A stretch of DNA of 64,000 bases, from assembly GCA_002269645.1 (NCBI GenBank), contig NIVC01000312.1, positions 186,001 to 250,000 on the forward strand, read 5' to 3'. Made by a program: the position numbers and the translations under genes. The notes under the pieces were generated by a model. That model was not told where the DNA came from. It saw nothing but the letters and a program-made list of their open reading frames with translations, and searched no databases. Positions 59,341-64,000 of this stretch are shown piece after piece (position 1 is the stretch's first letter; each line of letters opens with the position of its first letter). The DNA is from Macrostomum lignano. Lineage: Eukaryota.

Positions 59341-61259
59341 CTCGAACGGGCCGGATTGCTAGCTATTGTGACGTTTCAAAGGACCAAAGGGCCGGATTTT
59401 CCCGCGCCCGTCACAGTCGTCCCGAGACTAGCAGTCCAGATAGTAAATATCATCCTTGGTTGATCTCCTCAGCAAAGTTATCTTTATAAGATCGAGCACG
59501 CGAGCATCGGTGCATTTTGAGGGAGCTATTTATATAAATCGCAAAGGCTGAAAGCTCTATAAAAGGATTATAAAAGGATTATTATAACGGATTGATAAAA
59601 ATAGTTCCCCAAAACACATGTTCTATCTCATGTACTGTAAAACCTAGACAACGACTTTCCAGAGAGATATTGAGTATAGTCGATAAAATCCCTTAAATGG
59701 ATATGTCTAGGAAAAACGGTACATTTAAAAGGATTCGTCCTTGCTGAATCTTATCTTGTAGTGAAAGTCCTTAAGAAAAAAACCCCGAGAAAACAACTTC
59801 TCGCGAGAAAATTTTAAATCAATCTGGAACAGAACGCGTACCTGCTTTGTAATTCTTACAGAAATATTAGCAAAAAAGCGTTCTTCCACTTTGATTGCCT
59901 TGGTCTAGTATACACAGGATACACTGTGTGCAGCGGCCGACAGCCCCCCCCCCCGGACAAATGACGAAGTCCCGAATCTGATATAGGCGGGAGAATCGGA
60001 AGCACGCATGGACCATGAGAACTTAAAAAAATTATCAATCAATTTTTACAAAACTTCGAGCACACAAAACTGACTCATCGCGTATCTCTCTCCCTCTCTC
60101 TCGCTTCTCTTGCTTTGTCTCCACGGTGCAGAAATGTGAGGTTTCCAATCGTCTTTCGATCCGTTTTTTCTCTTTTTTTCTGCTCCCGAGCAGCCAATCA
60201 GGGCCCGAGAAGTGCAGCATCCAAGCCGCTCCACTATGGCATAAATTCCACACTTTCTGTCCGAGAAAACTTTGAACACTTTGCGATAGCAACTCTGCTT
60301 TGTTTGCTCAATTTTTTGGACAGCCATCGATTCATAAAATAAAGTGAGTCAATTTTTGGTTCTTTGGTACCTTGATTACTTTTTTCTTACCATGTCCTTG
60401 AAGACGTCAGACTCCTTTCGCGTACTAATGATAAATTTTTCATCTTTTTCTACTTAAAACGTGTTAGTAAATGGACTTTTGACAGCGAGACCTAAGAGAC
60501 ACTAGGAGATTTTCCCGAGTATTTACCAGAGCTACTAGTAAACACAGTACGCACGTACTTAACAGATCATTGTAAAAGTGTCGTCATTGTGTTTTATAAA
60601 ATTAACTTGTAGAAGTCATTGTTGGTGTGTAGCTAGCCCTTCAACTGCAATTGTGCATTAGCTCGTATTGTCAAATCGATTTCCCGGGCTAAAAGGTTTT
60701 CCATTATTGACTAATGAGACTGCAACTGGGATCTTTGCAGAAAATAGGATTTCATCAATAATCAAGCAAGGGATAAGTAGAATTTGAGTAGGCCATGTCT
60801 GATTGCTCAAGACAAAAGAGTCAGAAAAAACTGCAACCAACTTCAAAAGAACCGGTACGAATTGATTAATTTTTTAGTCAGATTAATCTGACTTTCATGT
60901 CAGGCAGAGAAATCCGTTTGAATGAAACTCAAGTTTTATAGGCATTATACTCTAAGGCTATCATTTTAGCGAAATAGCCGGTACAGACAGACTGCATCGC
61001 TATATTGAAACATCATCTTAGAGTAACGCTGAGATTTGCATCTGATTTCGTGTACATGCCTGACGATTAATTAGGAAGTCAGTGTAAGCGTGTGTATGTG
61101 CTCAATAGTCTGAACTGCCTCAGCGCTGAAAGGCGTTTGCGCCACGGTTTGATTCAGAGTTTATCACGGATGTTTTAGAGGTGTTCTATTGTTTTACTTT
61201 TTAAGTGAATTATTTATGCATGTAAATTCGTACTTTCGTTCCAGACTCCGAGAACCAGC

Positions 61260-61639
61260 ATGCTCAGAAACAGCAGCTTGGACGGCCCGCCTCCAGATCC
61301 AGAAGCCAACATCAGCTGCATCAGCTACAAATCCCAGGTCGGAGCCCCCGAGGTTTTCAACATATCGTTGCAGATATTCATCTTCGCATTCGGCCTGATT
61401 GGCAACGCTGGCCTCCTGTGCGTGGTTGCCACCCGGCGAAGTTTGCGCACGACGCCAAACCTTTTCATCACCAATTTGGCCATCGCTGACTGCGTCTACC
61501 TGCTGCTATTTATTCCCTGCAATATAATTAGCACCTTCGGCATTGAACTGCCGCTGTTCTTCTGCAAGGTGCTGTACTTCTGTAGATTTCTCACCCTAGG
61601 CGTGTCCGTGTTCACCCTGCTAGCCATGGCAATTGACAG
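61260..61639 (+). CDS. Class A neuropeptide GPCR, exon 1 (TM1-TM3), bombesin/CCHamide receptor-like
   Basis: GLIGN, PNLFITNLAIAD, FCK, GVSVFTLLAMAIDR; phase-2 donor AG|gtaagg at 61640; later exons not found in the window. Confidence 0.85.
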
Positions 61640-63051
61640 GTAAGGAAGTGAAATCTGGTGTCAGGCAACTGCTCAATACTAGGGACTACTAGGAACCCAA
61701 GAAGCCCTTTGTTCCGAATAGAGCCCCATTGTCTTCTTGGAAGCCTCTGATTCCACTAAGGATATTTATGGAGTCGTGCAATAGTATACTCCAAAGACAT
61801 GTACATTGATTAGTTTGATAATGTCCAGAAAAAGTGTACACTTATAAGTCAAGTTCGACTCTATAAGCTGCTAATTATGAAATAGTTTTTTATCAAAAAT
61901 TATTTCATTGCTGTGACATGCATATGTGCGTAGCCCACGCTAGTAATTTAATTATTGAAAGGACCACTATGTCCAATAAGCGTGCCGTATGGCGTTAAGA
62001 TAATCAGACGTAATTAGACTTAATTAGGCTATTAGTTCAAGGAGCTTAGATCGACTTGCCGTCAATTGGTGATTCGCGACGGAAATTCGTCAGGAAAGTC
62101 AGACAGAGAGGACCTGCATGGAACTCCACCCCGAAACCATTTCCTGTATTCAAGAGGACGACTTAAAAATCTTTGTCTTTTAATTGCATTAGCTGAAAAA
62201 CTGCAGTCGCCAGTTTGCAAGCACTCTTAGCCGGGAAAAATCGAGTCAGGCCCTCAAGTTTCTTGTTCAAACAGGACAAAACTAAGTCCTATTCAAAAGG
62301 CTTTTCTCACACGCATCTTCTCCCACCTCAAGTACCTCTTCTATTTCATTTCCTTTCTCCCATATCTGGCTAATTCCCTTCTTACTTCGGGAAAACTTAA
62401 GTGCCAATAAGAACGACTGTCCGTCAATCTTCGAATTGCATTTTGTAGAACCAGGAAATGAATGCTATCTGAAAGGAGTACATTTAGAAATTCTTTATGT
62501 AATCCACTTTGTCTGTGCGCCTCGTCTATTCCCCCAGTGTTAAATGAGCATTGATAATCAGTACGAGTAGCGTAACTCTGCTACCATAGACCACAGATAC
62601 TAAATACCATAGATGGTTCACTCAGCACTATCTTTATGTGTCAGTTTGACTTGCTACTCTCTGTCCAGTGGCATAAGCGCATATTTGCTCTATTTTTTGT
62701 TTTTTTTAGGAAATGATGGGCTATAGCTCGGTCCGTGTCACACACGCACAACTTTGCAGCTTTCAATTCTTTTATCTATGGCCAAGCTTGGCAGTGAATC
62801 GAAATTCTCAGGCGTAAAACACTCGGTCAAAATCTGCTCCCTACCCAAAAAACGTAGTCTTGGCCATAGAAAGCCAAAGAAATCGATTGACTTCGTTTTT
62901 AGCTAGCAGTCAAATGCTACGAGGGAGTTTAAATGAAAGGCAGGACGGACGGAGAAAGGAAAGATTTTATACTTCGCACTTTGAGGCTTACCAGCAAACA
63001 GAGCAAGACTGACACAACACCAGCAACATTTTGTGCGATCACCAGACTGGC

Positions 63052-64000
63052 ATGGAATTCAGCTTAAAGTGCTGCTGTGGCAGCCATACAGCGCAATCTC
63101 TAACGGACGAAGGATCGTGGCTGTGCGAATGCGAATCGATGGCGGCAGGTGCTGGAAATCGACTTGGACATCGTCGATATAAGCATCGGAGCCATTCACA
63201 AGATGGGATTGCGAGTGTGCAGTGTGCATTTTACTGACAATGAGTACAGCCGTCCTTCTTTGCGATATGAAGATACAACACGTTTGCGGTGGAATGCCGT
63301 TCCAGACAGGGAGCTGCTCTACCCTGGCTCATTCCTCATTTAGTTGTTCGCAGTGACGAAGAAGCTGACAACGTGAGCTGCAGCCATTCATGTTTCAATA
63401 CCACTGATGATGAGCCGCCACAGGCCGGAAAGCAGCAAGCGATGTGAACGGCCAACAGCTCAGCTAAGGTCATGCCGAACAACGAAGCAATAACAGCATC
63501 GCTCAGCTGCGCAGCACAACGGTTTTAACGACCGACCAGAACTCAGCTCCTTCGTCGGTGCCCTGCGGTCCGTGGCTGCCAGTGGCCTGACTCGACATCC
63601 CGCAACTGCGAAGACGACAACTGCGATGCTGCTATCACAGCAGCCTGCGCCACCACCGGTGCCGGAGACTGTGTAACTACCAAAGTGGGTCTACCGAACT
63701 CAAGCAGTGTTGCACGCCAGGCACCATTGCAGCAGCTGCTTCACGAAAAGCTGGACTCCTTGCAGAATACCAGTGCAGCAATGCCTCGCTGGAAGCTGCT
63801 GAGTACGTTGGCGGGTATGTGCTAAAGCGAAGCCGAGTTCTTCACTGTCAGCTGTGCAACTCTTTGCTTACAACATCCGCACCTGCGGGGGTTCACATCC
63901 AGCACAAGACCTACTCGCATGCATCCCGCGGGTTTGCTGCGCCCTCGCCGGTGGCGCTTGTTGCATTTTTGAAGATGGAAGCCGAGTTCGCAGCCCTGAC
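63052..64000 (+). mobile_element. Internally deleted, decayed THAP-domain P-element (THAP9-like) transposase
   Basis: RVCSVHF...LRWNAVP THAP end; then GFNDRP..SF.GALR, NCEDD, EYVGGYV..C..C...G...PS C-terminal motifs; catalytic core absent; runs off the window. Confidence 0.6.

Overview
Eukaryotic animal genomic DNA with spliceosomal GT-AG introns, GC-rich exons and AT-rich, repeat-dense introns. The coding style suggests a Macrostomum-like flatworm (inference only). The standout locus is a large multi-exon minus-strand ZNFX1-like gene (3201 to at least 11704, about 2,550 aa from the exons seen). It encodes a duplicated N-terminal module, a UPF1-like SF1 helicase, an NFX1 zinc-finger array and two tandem PARP/ADP-ribosyltransferase domains (first H-Y-E, second lacking the Glu). 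A 1-bp deletion at ~6357 splits it. Next to it are three intronless secreted PAN/Apple + C-type-lectin paralogs that are nearly identical N-terminally but diverged in the ligand-binding loop. Other host genes: a TspanC8 tetraspanin, a FAAH-like amidase, exon 1 of a bombesin/CCHamide-type GPCR, and one orphan ORF. Mobile DNA: a decayed Polinton/Maverick end (A32 ATPase plus AGTAGT terminus) abutting a Gypsy integrase, a DD34D mariner, hAT MITEs, a CORE-SINE, a solo LTR, nested Gypsy relics, an RTE-like LINE tail, an internally deleted THAP/P-element, and several minisatellites. All calls come from reading motifs by eye; no database searches were run.
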